Positions 1 to 11,401 of a DNA stretch of 64,000 nt are shown one piece after another. A program made the position numbers and the translations under genes. Under the pieces are notes generated by a model. The model was not told the origin of the DNA and did no database searches. It saw only the letters and a program-made list of their open reading frames with translations. Position 1 is the stretch's first letter, and each line of letters starts with the position of its first letter. This stretch comes from Candidatus Aminicenantes bacterium (GTDB lineage Bacteria > Acidobacteriota > Aminicenantia > UBA2199), in NCBI GenBank assembly GCA_963764745.1, contig CAVXTN010000002.1, positions 20,589 through 84,588 on the forward strand, in the 5' to 3' direction.

Positions 1-1047
1 CTGGAAACGGTCGTCTTCTTCCTGCAGATCATCCTGCTGATCTGCACGTTCCAGGTGCTGGAACAAGCCTTGCCTTCGGCCAGCGCCCGCATCCTGCTCA
101 TCGGGCATGCTCTACCTGGTTTTTTTCAACGTGATCCTGTACCTCGGCGCCTACCTCAACCGGGAAAAAGTGCTGCGCAACCTGCTGTTCCTTTTCCCGC
201 TGGCCTGGTTCATTTTCTACCCCCTGAACTTCATTTTTTCCGTTTTTTTGAAGGAAAACCCGGCCGGACACGCACGAAAACGCAGGACGACGAGCTGAGC
301 GACGAGCAGCTGGAAGTGTTCCTTGAAGAGGGCGCCAAGGAGGGGGTGATCGAAAAGGAAGACCAGGAGATGATCGAGAGCGTTCTCGAGTTCGGGGATA
401 CCCTGGTCAAGGAGATCATGACGCCGCGGGTGGACATGATCCACGTGCACATCGATTCCAGCCTGGACGAGATCGTTGCCATCATCCGCGAAAAGAAGAA
501 ATCCCGCTTCCCGGTCAGCGCCGACAAGCTTGACAACGTCGAGGGCATCATCCTGGCCAAGGACGTCCTCAATTACTGGGGCCGCAGCGACTTCGACATC
601 AAGGAGATCCTGCGCCCGCCGTTCTTCATCCCCGAGACCATGCGTATCCTGGAACTGCTGAAGGAAATGCAGAAAACCAAGCAGAAGTTCGCCATCGTCA
701 GCGATGAATTCGGCGGCGTCTCCGGCGTGATCAGCATGGAGGACATCATCGAGGAGATCGTCGGCGACATCAAGGACGAATACGACGACGACCAGGAACC
801 GATCGTCCGCGACCGCGACGGGTTCACGGTGCGGGGCGATATCGCCATCTATGAATTGAACGAAGCCCTGCAGATCGAGATCGACGACAACGAGGACTAC
901 CAGACCGTGGCCGGGTTGATCAGCTGCAAGTTGGGCAAGATCCCGTCGCTGCACGACAAGGTCACCGTCGACGGCTACGTCCTCGAAGTCAAGGAAGTGG
1001 AAAAGAACCGCATCAAGACCGTGCGCATCTACCATGAAAAAAGATAA
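1..1047 (+). CDS. HlyC/CorC-family membrane protein (DUF21 + tandem CBS + CorC_HlyC domain); 5' end off-window, frame-disrupted
   Basis: ORF 55..1047 has the family-typical EDQEMIESVLEFGDTLVKEIMTPRVDM segment, two CBS-like modules and the C-terminal GYVLEVKEVEKNRIKTVRI domain. The hydrophobic DUF21 part lies upstream in frame 1 (1..~105) and in ORF 107..298, giving two frame breaks (~105, ~255). Confidence 0.8.
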   Translation: METVVFFLQIILLICTFQVLEQALPSASARILLIGHALPGFFQRDPVPRRLPQPGKSAAQPAVPFPAGLVHFLPPELHFFRFFEGKPGRTRTKTQDDELSDEQLEVFLEEGAKEGVIEKEDQEMIESVLEFGDTLVKEIMTPRVDMIHVHIDSSLDEIVAIIREKKKSRFPVSADKLDNVEGIILAKDVLNYWGRSDFDIKEILRPPFFIPETMRILELLKEMQKTKQKFAIVSDEFGGVSGVISMEDIIEEIVGDIKDEYDDDQEPIVRDRDGFTVRGDIAIYELNEALQIEIDDNEDYQTVAGLISCKLGKIPSLHDKVTVDGYVLEVKEVEKNRIKTVRIYHEKR

Positions 1048-1920
1048 AACCCGGCATTCGGGATACGTGGCCCTGCTGGGCCGGACCAATGTCGGCAAAT
1101 CGACGTTCCTCAACGCCCTGATGCAGACCAAGGTGGCCATCGTCTCCGACAAGCCCCAGACCACGCGCAAAAAGATCCTGGGCATCAAGACCACGGAGCG
1201 CGGCCAGATCATTTTTTTTGACTGCCCCGGCATCCACAAGCCCCATTTCAAGCTGAACGAGCTGATGATGAAAGAGGTGAACGACGCCCTGCACGATGCC
1301 GACCTCATCCTTTACTTCATCGATATCGGCGATGCCAAGCAGGATGAGTTCATCTTTTCGCAGCTGCGGCAGGCCGGCAAGCCGGTGTTCCTGGTGATCA
1401 ACAAGATCGACAAGCTGAACAAGGCCAAGATACTGGAAAAGATCCAAAGCTACCGCGACATGTTCCCCTGGAAGGAGATCGTCCCCATATCGGCGCTGAA
1501 GGGCGACAACCTCGAGCTGATCGAAGACCTGATCTTCGCCATACCTGCCCGAGGGCGAAAATTTTTACCCGGCCGAAGAATTCACCCTGCAGTCGGAAAA
1601 TTTTTTCCTCGGCGAGCTGATCCGCGAAAAAGTCCTGAATTTGGTCGAAGACGAGCTCCCGTTCACGACCACCCTGAAAATCGAGGAGATCAAGGACCGC
1701 GGGGAAGTGGTGTACGTGCGCGCCGAGATTTACGTGGAATCGCGTTCCCAGAAAAAGATCATCATCGGCAAGAACGGCAGCCTGATCAAGCAGATCGGCA
1801 GCCAGGCCCGGCTGACGCTGGAAGACGTATTTCGCCAAGAAGGTATTTCTGGACCTGCACGTCAAGATCGTGCCCGACTGGCGCAATTCTCCCCAGATCA
1901 TCCGCGAAATGCTCGAATAG
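1034..1920 (+). CDS. era: GTPase Era (frame-disrupted)
   Basis: ORF 1034.. has G1 GRTNVGKST, G3 DCPG and G4 NKID. The KH domain continues in ORF 1641..1973 (LPFTTTLKIEEIKDRGEVVYVRAEIYVESRSQKKIIIGKNG) and in a third frame (KVFLDLHVKIVPDWRNSPQIIREMLE, stop 1918-1920). Breaks lie near 1545 and 1845. It overlaps the upstream gene by 14 nt. Confidence 0.9.
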
Positions 1921-1998
1921 CAAATTCCCGCCGCCCGCGCGCGCCAAAGCCGTGGGTTGATATTTATCCATAAATATAATAAAATAGAGCGTAAGCAA

Positions 1999-3565
1999 AT
2001 GTTCAAAATAAATACGCTGCGCTCCAAGTTCCTTCTATCTTTCATCGTCATCAGCCTGGCCAACATCGCCATTTCGTCGTTTTTTATCCTGAACAAGATC
2101 GGCTCCACCAACAACCGCGTGGCCAAAGTCAATTTCGTGCGCTATGCCAGGAATTTCGAAGCCATGGTGGAACCGAATTTCATTTATTACAATTACATGA
2201 ACCTGGCCTCGCAGGCGGAGGAGATCCTGAAGGAGAACCGCGAGGATTTCATCATGCTCTTTGACGCTCAGAACAAGGAGATCGTTTACAAGGGCCCCGC
2301 CTGGATCCGGGACGAGCTGGAGCCTTACAAATCCGAAACGGACGACAGCGTCTGGGAAGCCGCCTTCGCTTCCCGGCCGTACTACCTGATCAGCCTGCCG
2401 GTCAAGGTCGCCGCCGCGGACACCGTCTGGGGGCGCATCCTTTTCGGCCGTTCCAACGAGGAGAACAAGGATATCATCTGGCGGAGCTGCGCCTGTTCAT
2501 CATTATCATTTCGACCGTGTTGCTGATGATCTTCATCATCATCATCGTGGTCATCAACAGGAAACTGACCCAGCCCATCCAGCTGCTCAAGAACGGCCTG
2601 GAAAAGATCAGCTACGGGAATTTTTCCCACCGCATCGAGATCCGCTCCAACGACGAATTTTCCTATCTCGGCGAGCCAGTTCAACGAGATGGCCGAGAAG
2701 ATCGAAAGCATGATGACCGAGATCGAAGCCACCCACAAGGACCTGGAAAAGCAGGTCACTTCGCGCACCAGGGAATTGAACGAGTCGAACAAAAAACTGC
2801 AGATCGCCATGCAGGAGCTGCGCGATACCCAGCGCCACATCATCCAATCGGAAAAGCAAAAATCGCTGACCGCGATCGTCTCGGGCTTCGCCCACGAGAT
2901 CAACAACCCGTTGACCGGGATCCTGGGCTACGTCGACCTGATCGCCATCCGCGACGACGCCAGCCCCTATGTCAAGGAAAAGCTGGGCAGCATCCAGAAG
3001 CAGGCCGTGCGCATCAAGAATATCATCGATCAGCTCAACCAGCTGAACCCGGACATGGAGCAGGTCAAGATGGAGATCAGCCTGTCCAACCTGCTGGAAA
3101 AGCTGATCAAGGTCGTCGCCAACCGCCCGGAATACAACGATTACGCCATTGCCAAGAACGATTTCGACGAGGACATCACCATCACCGGCAACCATTTCGC
3201 CTTGTGGCAGGTGTTCGAGGGCATCGTGGAGAACGCCATCGAAGCCCTGCACGAAAACAACGTCGCCAACGGCAAGATCGCCATCAACCTGAAAAAGATC
3301 CATGGACGGCCGGCAGGCGATCGTCGACGTCATCGACAACGGCGGCGGCTTCAAGAACCTGGACAAGGCCTTCGACCCGTTCTATACCACCAAGAACCGC
3401 ACCCAGAAAAAGGGCATCGGCTTGACCATCGCCTACAACATCATCCAGGAGCACCAGGGCAATATCGTCATCAAGAACAACGAACTCAACGGGGCTACCG
3501 TATCGGTTTACCTGAAAATCGCAGAAAAGAAAATTCAAAAACCAAAATCACGCGGAGGAAAAATA
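1999..3565 (+). CDS. Sensor histidine kinase (TM-HAMP-HisKA-HATPase_c), frame-disrupted
   Basis: The N-terminal TM/sensor part is in ORF 1957..2526 (MFKINTLRSKFLLSFIVISLANIAISSFFIL). A second TM plus HAMP is in ORF 2517.. (RKLTQPIQLLKNGLEKISYGNFSHRIE). The H-box FAHEINNPLTGILGY is in ORF 2689.., and the ATPase G-boxes (DNGGGF, TTK..KGIGLTIA) are in ORF 3302... There are about 3 frame breaks. No stop codon precedes the next gene in this assembly, so the 3' end is uncertain. Confidence 0.8.
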
Positions 3566-5507
3566 ATGCTCAAATCCATGAGGAATAACGTGAAATCGCT
3601 TTCCTGGACCCTGTGGCTGGTCATACTGGCGTTCGTCGGCTTCATTTTCGTGCAATGGGGTTCCGGCCGTTTTGAATCGGAAGGCCTGGCCAAGGACGTG
3701 GCCGCGGTGGGCCGCTACACGATCAGCGGCGAGGAATTCCAGAAAAACCTGACCCAGAACCTGGACATGTACAGCAAGCAGTTCAAGAACAACCTGAACC
3801 GCCAGATGATCAACCAGTTCGGCATCGCCGAGCAGGTGCTGCAGGGAATGGTCAGCGGGCTGATCATCCAGCGGTGAAGCGGAAAAGCTCAACCTGGAGG
3901 TTTCCGAAAGCGAACTGCAGGACGCCATCCGCTCCTATCCGGCTTTTCAGCGCGACGGCAGCTTCATCGGCTCCGAGGAATACGAAAGGCTGCTGGCCTA
4001 CAACCAGCATTCCGGTTCTGGATTTCGAGAAAGGCTTGAGAAAAGACCTGCTCAGCGACAAGTTGAAAGAACTGGTGACGGCCGGCCAGGTCCTGGACCT
4101 GGGCACGCTGAAGGACGAATACCGCAAGGAGAACGACAAGGCCGAGCTGGATTACATCGCCTTTAAAAGCGATGCCGTCAAGCGAAGCGCCGGCCGTCAG
4201 CGATGCGGAATTGCTGGATTTTTACCAGAAAAACCAAAATCTGTTCAAAAGCCCGGAAAAGAGGGCAGGGGAGATCCTGGCCTTGAAGTTCGCCGATTTT
4301 AAAAAAGAGATCACGCTCAAGGAAGAGGAGATCTTCGCCTATTATCAAGAACCAACAAGAGCATGTTCAAGGTTCCCGGCAAAACCAAGATCAGCCGGAT
4401 CTGGATCGCCTATGACCCGCAAACGCGCGAGCAAGTCCTGAAAAAAATGGAAGAGACGTCCGCGCTGCTGACTCCGGCCAATTTTGCCGAAAAAGCCAGG
4501 GAGCTGTCGCACGATGAAAAGGCCAAGGACGGCGGAGACTGGGGATACTTGGCCTGGCAGAATTTTTCCAGCCAGGAACAGACCATGATCGACAACCTCA
4601 AGCAGGGGAGGATCTCTTCGCCGGTGGACGCCGGGCAGGGCTTCTCGATCCTGTACGCGGCCGAAAAGGTCCCGGAACAGCAGGAAAACTACGAGACGGT
4701 CAAGTCCCGCATCAACGAGCGTGCTGGAAAACGACAAACTGAAGAAGCTGGCCGCTGAAAGGATCGCCGAGGTCTATGAGAAGATCAAGGAAGCCAACAA
4801 CCTGAAGGAAGGCGCCGGGAAACTGGCCGACAAGGTCGTGGCCAGCGGCCTGCTGACCCAGGGCCAGGCCATCAAGGGTGTCGATGAGATGGGCTACATG
4901 TCCCAGAAGCTGTTCACCCTGCGCGAGAACGAGATTTCCCAGCCCCTGGAGTTTCCCGAAGGGATCGCCGTGGTGCGCCTGACCAAGATCGTCAGGCCGG
5001 AGATCGAGAAATTCGAGATCGCCAGGGAAAAGGTGAAAAGCGAAGCTGCAGACCGCGAAAAAACTGCAGCTGCAAATGACCCGGGCCCAAAGCGTGGCCG
5101 CCGAGCTGAACAAGCTTGCCGACGCCAAAAAAATCGAGGAATACTTGAAAAAGGAAGAACCTGAAGCCCGAAAGCGCTCACTTATCAAAGGGGGAGCACG
5201 CCTGGCCGACCTGCCCGCCCCGGCCGGGCTGGACGACACGATTTTCGCCATGGGCGAGAACACCTATTCCGCGCCCATCGACCTTCAAGTCCGCCGCCGC
5301 CGTCATCGTCAAGCTGAAGAGCAAGAAAATCATCTCCGACGAGGATTTCAACAGGGAACGGGACGGGTATTACCAAAAAAAACTGGCTGACGCCAAGAAC
5401 AGCCGCTTCGGTTCTTACCTGCTGAGCAAGAAAGACGATTACAAGATCCGCTTCAATGCCGAGATTTTCGAAAAGATCAAGGAGTACGTGATTTCCCGAT
5501 TCCGCTA
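3566..5507 (+). CDS. PpiD/SurA-like periplasmic chaperone, peptidyl-prolyl isomerase (parvulin type), heavily frame-disrupted
   Basis: GGAGGA lies upstream of ATG 3566. The N-terminal anchor is MLKSMRNNVKSLSWTLWLVILAFVGFIFVQW, followed by a SurA_N-like region. A parvulin-like segment (GDWGYLAWQNFSSQEQTMIDNLKQGRISSPVDAGQGFSILY) is in ORF 4363..4758. Fragments 3874.., 4172.., 4721.. and 5076.. continue the same protein, with at least 5 breaks. The stop is TAA 5505-5507. Confidence 0.7.
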
Positions 5508-5518
5508 AAGGAGGGACC

Positions 5519-7530
5519 ATGAGCCATGAGCAAGAAGTCAAGGGCATGCCCGAAGGGGCTTTCGAGGTCCTGCCCGCGGGCAAGGAATATGCCCCATACA
5601 TTGCCGCCGACACGGTGATTCCCGAGGTCACCGCCCGTTCGATCGATCCTGGGCCTGATCATGGCCGTGGTCTTTTCGGCCGCGGCGGCTTTCCTGGGTC
5701 TGAAGATCGGGCAGGTGTTCGAAGCCGCCATCCCCATCGCCATCATCGCCGTCGGCGTCTCGCCGCTTTTCAAGAGGAAGAAGCACCATCCTGGAGAACG
5801 TCATCATCCAGTCCATCGGCGCCGCTTCGGGAGTGATCGTGGCCGGCGCCATTTTCACCCTGCCGGCGCTGTTTATTCTCGGCCTGGACAAGACGATCGG
5901 CTTCGATCTGTTCAAGATATTCATGGTCTCTTTCCTGGGCGGGGCGCTGGGCGTCCTGTTCCTCATTCCGTTCCGCAAATACTTCGTCAAGGAAATGCAC
6001 GGCCATTTCCCGTTCCCCGAAGCGACGGCCACCACCCAGGTCCTGGTCGCCGGTGAAAAGGGCGGCGCCCAGGCCAAGATCCTGGTCAAGAGCATGATCA
6101 TCGGCGGCGTGTTCGATTTCATGGTCCATTCGGTCGGGGCCTTCAACGAGGTCTTCACCAGCCGCATCTTCAAGCTCGGGCAAACCCTTTCCGACAAGGC
6201 CAAGATCGTCTTCAAGATGGACGTCCTCTCGGCCGTGCTGGGGCTCGGCTACATCATCGGCCTGAAATACACCTCGATCATCGCCGCCGGCAGCCTGCTC
6301 TCCTGGTTCCTGCTGGTGCCGGTGATCTATTACTTCGGCCAGTTCATCCCGGCCGAGCTCGTGGGCAACGCCCCCAAGCTGATCTCGGCCATGAGCGCCG
6401 AGGAGATCTTCCGCAACTACGTCCGCTTCATCGGCATCGGCGCCATCGCCATGGCCGGCATCATCGGCATCCTGAAATCGTCCAAGATCATCGTCCAGGC
6501 CTTCGGCATGGGCTTCAAGCAGATGTTCCGCAAAGCCGCCGTCGGCGATGAAAAGACTCCCAGGACCCAGACCGACCTGAACATGAAGTACGTTATTTTC
6601 GGACTGGCGTTGACGGCGCTGGTCATCTGGGTATTTTTCAGCTTCTCGGTGCTGAGCCCGGTGCCGCATCCCCTGCGGCTCGGCCTGATCGCCATGGTCA
6701 CGGTATTCGTGATCAGCTTCCTGTTCACCTCGGTCGCGGCGCGGGCCATCGCCATCGTCGGCACCAACCCCGTCTCGGGCATGACCATGATGACCCTGAT
6801 CCTGAGCAGCCTGGTGCTGGTGGCCGCCGGCCTGACCGGCCAGTACGGCATGTACGCCGCCCTGCTCATCGGCGGCGTGGTCTGCACGGCCCTGTCCATG
6901 TCGGGCGGCTTCATCACCGACCTGAAGATCGGCTACTGGCTGGGGTCCACGCCGCTCAAGCAGGAGAAATACAAGTTCCTCGGCATCCTGCTCTCTTCGC
7001 TGACCGTCGGCCTGGTCATCTTCCTGCTGAACCAGACCTACGGCTTCACCAGCACCTCCGCCCTGACGGCGCCGCAGGCCAACGCCATGGCCGCCCTGAT
7101 CCAGCCGCTGATGAACCCGGGGGCGCAGGTGCCCTGGCTGCTCTACGGCGTCGGCGTGCTGACCGCCCTGATCATGGAGTTCATCGGCGTGCCGCCGCTG
7201 GCCTTCGCCCTGGGCATGTACATCCCGCTGGAACTGAACACGCCGCTGGTCATCGGCGGCCTGATCGCCCACATGGTCTCCCGCTCCAGCAAGGACAAGG
7301 AGCTGGCCACCAAGCGTTATGACAAGGGCATTCTCATCGCTTCGGGCTTCATCGCCGGCGGGGCGATCATCGGCGTGGTCAGCGCCCTCCTGAAATATTT
7401 CAACGTGGAGCGCTTCATCCGCCTGGGCTGGGCCGACAAGCCCATAGGCGAACAGATCGCCCTGTTCATGTTCATCGCCCTCTCCCTGTATCTCTATTTT
7501 GATTCCCGCAGCGTCAAAAAGGAAGATTGA
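5519..7530 (+). CDS. OPT-family oligopeptide transporter (frame-disrupted near the 5' end)
   Basis: AAAGGAGGG precedes ATG 5519. ORF 5833..7530 (565 aa) is a polytopic membrane protein with the OPT-type DLKIGYWLGSTPLKQ motif. The N-terminus is spread over ORFs 5519.. and 5661.. (breaks ~5640 and ~5800). Confidence 0.8.
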
Positions 7531-8723
7531 TGGAAAAAGAAAAGATCGCCCAGGCCATCGAGATACTGCGTGAGCTGGATATCGACCTGTGGATGGTGAT
7601 CGACCGCGAATCGGGATTGCTGACCGACCCGGTCATGGATTTTGTCGTCGGCGAAGGCGCGACCTGGCTTTCGTTCTTCCTGTTTTTCAAGAACGGCGAG
7701 AAAGTACGCCATCGTCGGCAACCTGGATATCGAAAAATTCCGCCGCACCGGCCTTTTTGACGCGGTGCTGGCCTACAAGGGCAGCCCCAAGGCCGACCTG
7801 CTGGAGATACTGCAGCGCCACGACCCGCGGCAAGATCGCCATGGATTATTCCCCGGACTGCGCCGCCGCCGACGGCCTGACCCACGGCAATTACCTGAAC
7901 CTGCTGGAGCTTTTGCAAGGGGACCGATTTCCCCGGCCGTTTCGTCTCGGCCGAGGCGGTGATCGCCAAGGTCCGCGGCAAAAAGTCGGGCGAGGAAATC
8001 CGCCGGCATGAAGCTGGCCTGCCAGAAAACCCTGGAAATTTACGGCCGGGTGGGCAAGGCGGTCAAGCCCGGCATGAGCGAAAAGGATCTGGCCGGCTGG
8101 ATCACCGTCAGCGTGAAAAAATGGGCCTGGCCGCGGCCTGGGAAGTGAGCAGCTGCCCGGCGGTGTTCAGCGGCCCCCAGGAGATCGGCGCCCATTCGGC
8201 CCCGACCGGCAACGTCCTCAAGCCCGGCCATATCTTCAATATCGATTTCGGCGTCAAGGTCGAAAAGTACTGTTCCGACCTGCAGCGGACCTGGTACATC
8301 CTGCGCCCGGGGGAAAAAGAGGCGCCGCCGCGAGGTGCAAAAAGGGTTCGCCGCCCTCCTGGAATCGATCCGCCTCTCGTTTGCGGCCCTGAAACCCGGC
8401 GTGCGCGGGCTGGACATCGACCAGATCGCCCGCGGCTATATCGTCTCCCAGGGCTATGAGGAATATCCCCATGCCCTCGGGCACCAGGTGGGCCGCTACG
8501 CCCACGACGGCGGCGCCCTGCTGGCCCCGGCCTGGGAACGCTACGGCAACCTGCCCTTCATCCCCCTGGAAAAGGACCAGGTATTCACCATCGAGCCGCG
8601 CATCTATATCAAGGATTTCGGCGTGGCCACGGTCGAGGAAATGGTGGTCATCACCGCCAACGGCGCCGAGTATCTTTCGCAGCCCCAGCGGGAATTGTAC
8701 CTGGTGAAACCCGAAACGCATGA
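7530..8723 (+). CDS. M24-family Xaa-Pro aminopeptidase (heavily frame-disrupted)
   Basis: The N-terminal creatinase-like part is in ORFs 7527.., 7642.., 7589.. and 7959... The catalytic pita-bread part is in ORF 8335..8814 (HALGHQVGRYAHDGG ... VFTIEPRIYIKDFGVATVEEMVVITANGAEYLS). TGATG junction with the OPT gene. The 3' end is uncertain. It is either 8814 or, more likely, an ATGA overlap with lipA at 8720-8723. Confidence 0.7.
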
Positions 8724-9625
8724 ACCAAACGACGAGCAGCGAAGCGATCCGCAGAAGGAAGCCCGACTGGCTCAAGAGCGCGCCTGCCGGGAGGGGACGC
8801 CTACTTCGCCCTGAAAAACAAGCTGGAAAAAAACGGCTTGCATACCATCTGCCAGAATGCCCGCTGCCCGAATATCCATGAATGCTGGAACGGCAACCAG
8901 GCCACTTTTCTGATCATGGGCAATGTCTGCACCCGCGACTGCCGCTTTTGCGCCGTCGCCACGCGGCCAGCCCGCTCCCCTGGACGAGGCCGAAGGCCGA
9001 AAAGTTGCGCAGATGGTCCGAATGATGGGCCTGGCTTACGCGGTGATCACCTCGGTGACCCGCGACGATGTGGCCGACAAGGGCAGCTCCCATTTCGCCG
9101 CCGTGATCCGCACCCTGAAGCGGGAGCGACCGCAGCTGAAGGTCGAGGTCCTGGTCCCCGATTTTGACGGCGACGGCAGCCTTCCTGGACAAGGTCCTGG
9201 ACGCCGGCCCCGACGTCCTGGCGCACAACGTGGAGACGGTTCCCGCCCTGTACGCCCGCGTCAACCGCCGGAGCAGGCATTCGACCATACGCTGCAAATC
9301 CTCGAGCACGGCAAGAAAAAGGGGCTGGATCACCAAGACGGGACTGATGGTCGGCCTGGGGGAGACCGCCGCCGAGATCGACGGGCTTTTCTCCACGCTG
9401 CGCGACAGGGGAGTGGACGTCCTGACCATCGGCCAGTACCTGCAGCCGGAGCGCCGCAGCCTGCCGGTCAGCCGCTATTATTCTCCCGGCGAATTTTCCG
9501 CATTGAAAGAATCGGCCCTGGGCCATGGTTTCATCGGGGTGGAGTCCGGTCCCTTCGTCCGCAGTTCCTACCATGCCGAACAACTTTACGATACGGTAAC
9601 CCATGCGCTATCTCGTATTCAGTGA
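8720..9625 (+). CDS. lipA: Lipoyl synthase (frame-disrupted)
   Basis: N-terminus MNQTTSSEAIRRRKPDWLKSAPAG, then LHTICQNARCPNIHECW and CTRDCRFCAV (both Fe-S cluster motifs). ORF 8923.. has AYAVITSVTRDDVADKG. ORF 9164..9625 has KTGLMVGLGET ... GPFVRSSYHA. At least 3 breaks. Confidence 0.88.
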
Positions 9626-10343
9626 CATCCACAGCAACTTCGAGGCCTTCGACAAGTTCCTGGGCCAGAAAAAGCTGAAGAACGTCGACAAGATCCTGTT
9701 CCTGGGCGACCTGGTCGGCTATGGGCCCGATCCCGACAAGGTGATCGAGCGCATTCCGGGAATTGCCGCATGTGCGCTCCGTGCGCGGCAACCACGACAA
9801 GGTCATCGCCGATCTGGAATCGTCATCCCTGTTCAATCCGGCCGCCGCCTTTTCGGCCGAATGGAGCAAGTTGAAGATCGCGCCGGCCAATTACCAGTTC
9901 CTGAAGAAACTGCCCAAGGGGCCCCAGGTCATCGACCGCTTCGTCACCATCTGCCACGGCTCCACTTTTGACGAGGATTACTACGTGTTTTCGCAGTTCG
10001 AGGCCATCGGAGTCGTTCAAGTTCATGGAGACGTCGATCGGATTTTTCGGCCACACCCATTTCCCGATCATTTACTACCTGCGCAACGAAAAGCTCGACA
10101 TCGTCCCCTTGACCGAGAACACGCGCATCAAGCTCGACGCCAACACCCGTTATCTGATCAACCCGGGTTCCATCGGCCAACCGCGCGACAAGAACCCGGC
10201 TTCCAGCTACATCATTTTCGATTCGGGCAAGATGGAGATCAGTTTCAACCGTTTTACCTATGACGTGACCAAAACCCAGAAAAAAATCAGGGAAGCCGGA
10301 TTGCCGGAGCTTGCTGGCCAGCCGCCTGGAGGCGGGGGTCTAA
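9603..10343 (+). CDS. Metallophosphoesterase (YfcE/MJ0936-like), frame-disrupted
   Basis: The calcineurin-like motifs are spread over ORFs 9603.., 9763.. and 9968..: DIHSN, GDLVGYGPDP, GNHD, GHTH and NPGSIGQPRD. The likely true C-terminus is LPELLASRLEAGV with TAA 10341-10343. Confidence 0.8.
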
Positions 10344-10361
10344 CCGCAAAGGAGGAGAGCC

Positions 10362-11401
10362 ATGACAAACGAGGAAATCAAGAATTTCGTTGAAAAAGTG
10401 ATCAACGAAAAAATCCAGATGCTGCTGAACCGCATCGATACGTTCCAGAGCACCATGTTCCGGGACATAGAAAAGCTGAAGGAGCTGGACGAACTGGTCA
10501 AGTTCACCCTGCCCGAGGATTTCGCCGACCGCAACGGTGCCAGCGACAGCGGCGCCGAGATCGCGTTCCTGAACGAATACGTGAAGAAGATCGCCTCGGC
10601 CTCGAACCAGCTGCTCCTGATCGGCGGCATCATCGAGGGCATCAATCATTTTTGCGACCGGGCCGCCCTTTTCCTGCTGCGCGACGACAAGCTGGTCGGC
10701 TGGAAAGGCAAGGGCTTTTCGGGCGCGGACGGCCAGATCAGCGACGAGGAATTGAAGAGAATATTCTTTTCGCTTTCCGCCAACACGGTCTTGAAAAGCG
10801 TGATCGAGACAGAAGAAGAACTACCAGGGCGAACCCATCCACAAGCCGGATGATTTTTTGATCTACAACCGCTTCGGCGGCGGCAAGCCGAAGAAGATCC
10901 TGGTCATGCCTTTTTTCGTCAAGGGCAAGCCCCAGGCGGTGATCTACGCCGATTCCATGACCGGCACGGCGATCCGCCAGAAGGAGATCGAGATCCTGGC
11001 CACGGTGGGCGAACTCAGCCTGGACATGCTCCCCATCCGCCAGAAGCTGCTGGCCAAGATCAAGACCCAGGAATTCGTCGAGGACACCGAGGTGGAAGCC
11101 AGGGTCTTCGAGCATGCGGACGAGATTGGAAAAAACCTCGGCCCCGATCCGCGAAAACGACCCCGAGCGCTACGCCCGGGTGATCATCAACGATATCATC
11201 CTCTACAACAAGAAAGTGGTGGATGACGGCATCAAGAACAGGAACCTGTATGAAGTGTTGAAGGAGACCCTGCTGCAGGCCAAGGAGCTGTACATGCGCC
11301 GCTCCAGCGACCTGCGCTATTTCGAGGAGCAGATGGTCAACATCCTGGCCAAGGGAGACCGCCGGGCCTTGAAGGGCTACAATTTTGAAGTCTACAAATA
11401 A
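10362..11401 (+). CDS. Hypothetical protein with a GAF-like central domain (frame-disrupted)
   Basis: AGGAGGAG precedes ATG 10362. ORFs 10362.., 10858.. and 11114..11401 join into one ~345-aa protein. The central segment (ALFLLRDDKLVGWKGKGF ... ILVMPFFVKGKPQAVIYADS) has a GAF-like pattern. The C-terminal helical motif is ARVIINDIILYNKKVVDDGIKNRNLYEVLKETL. Function unknown. Confidence 0.55.

Noticed and set aside
5770-7272. Long antisense ORFs opposite the OPT transporter (5770..7272), hppA (36774..38189), the RND pump (42461..44206), mlaE/F (27969..29213) and other genes.
   Set aside because: They have the same shadow-ORF signature, with repetitive R/G/D/H/Q-rich translations. In each case the opposite strand carries a well-supported gene.
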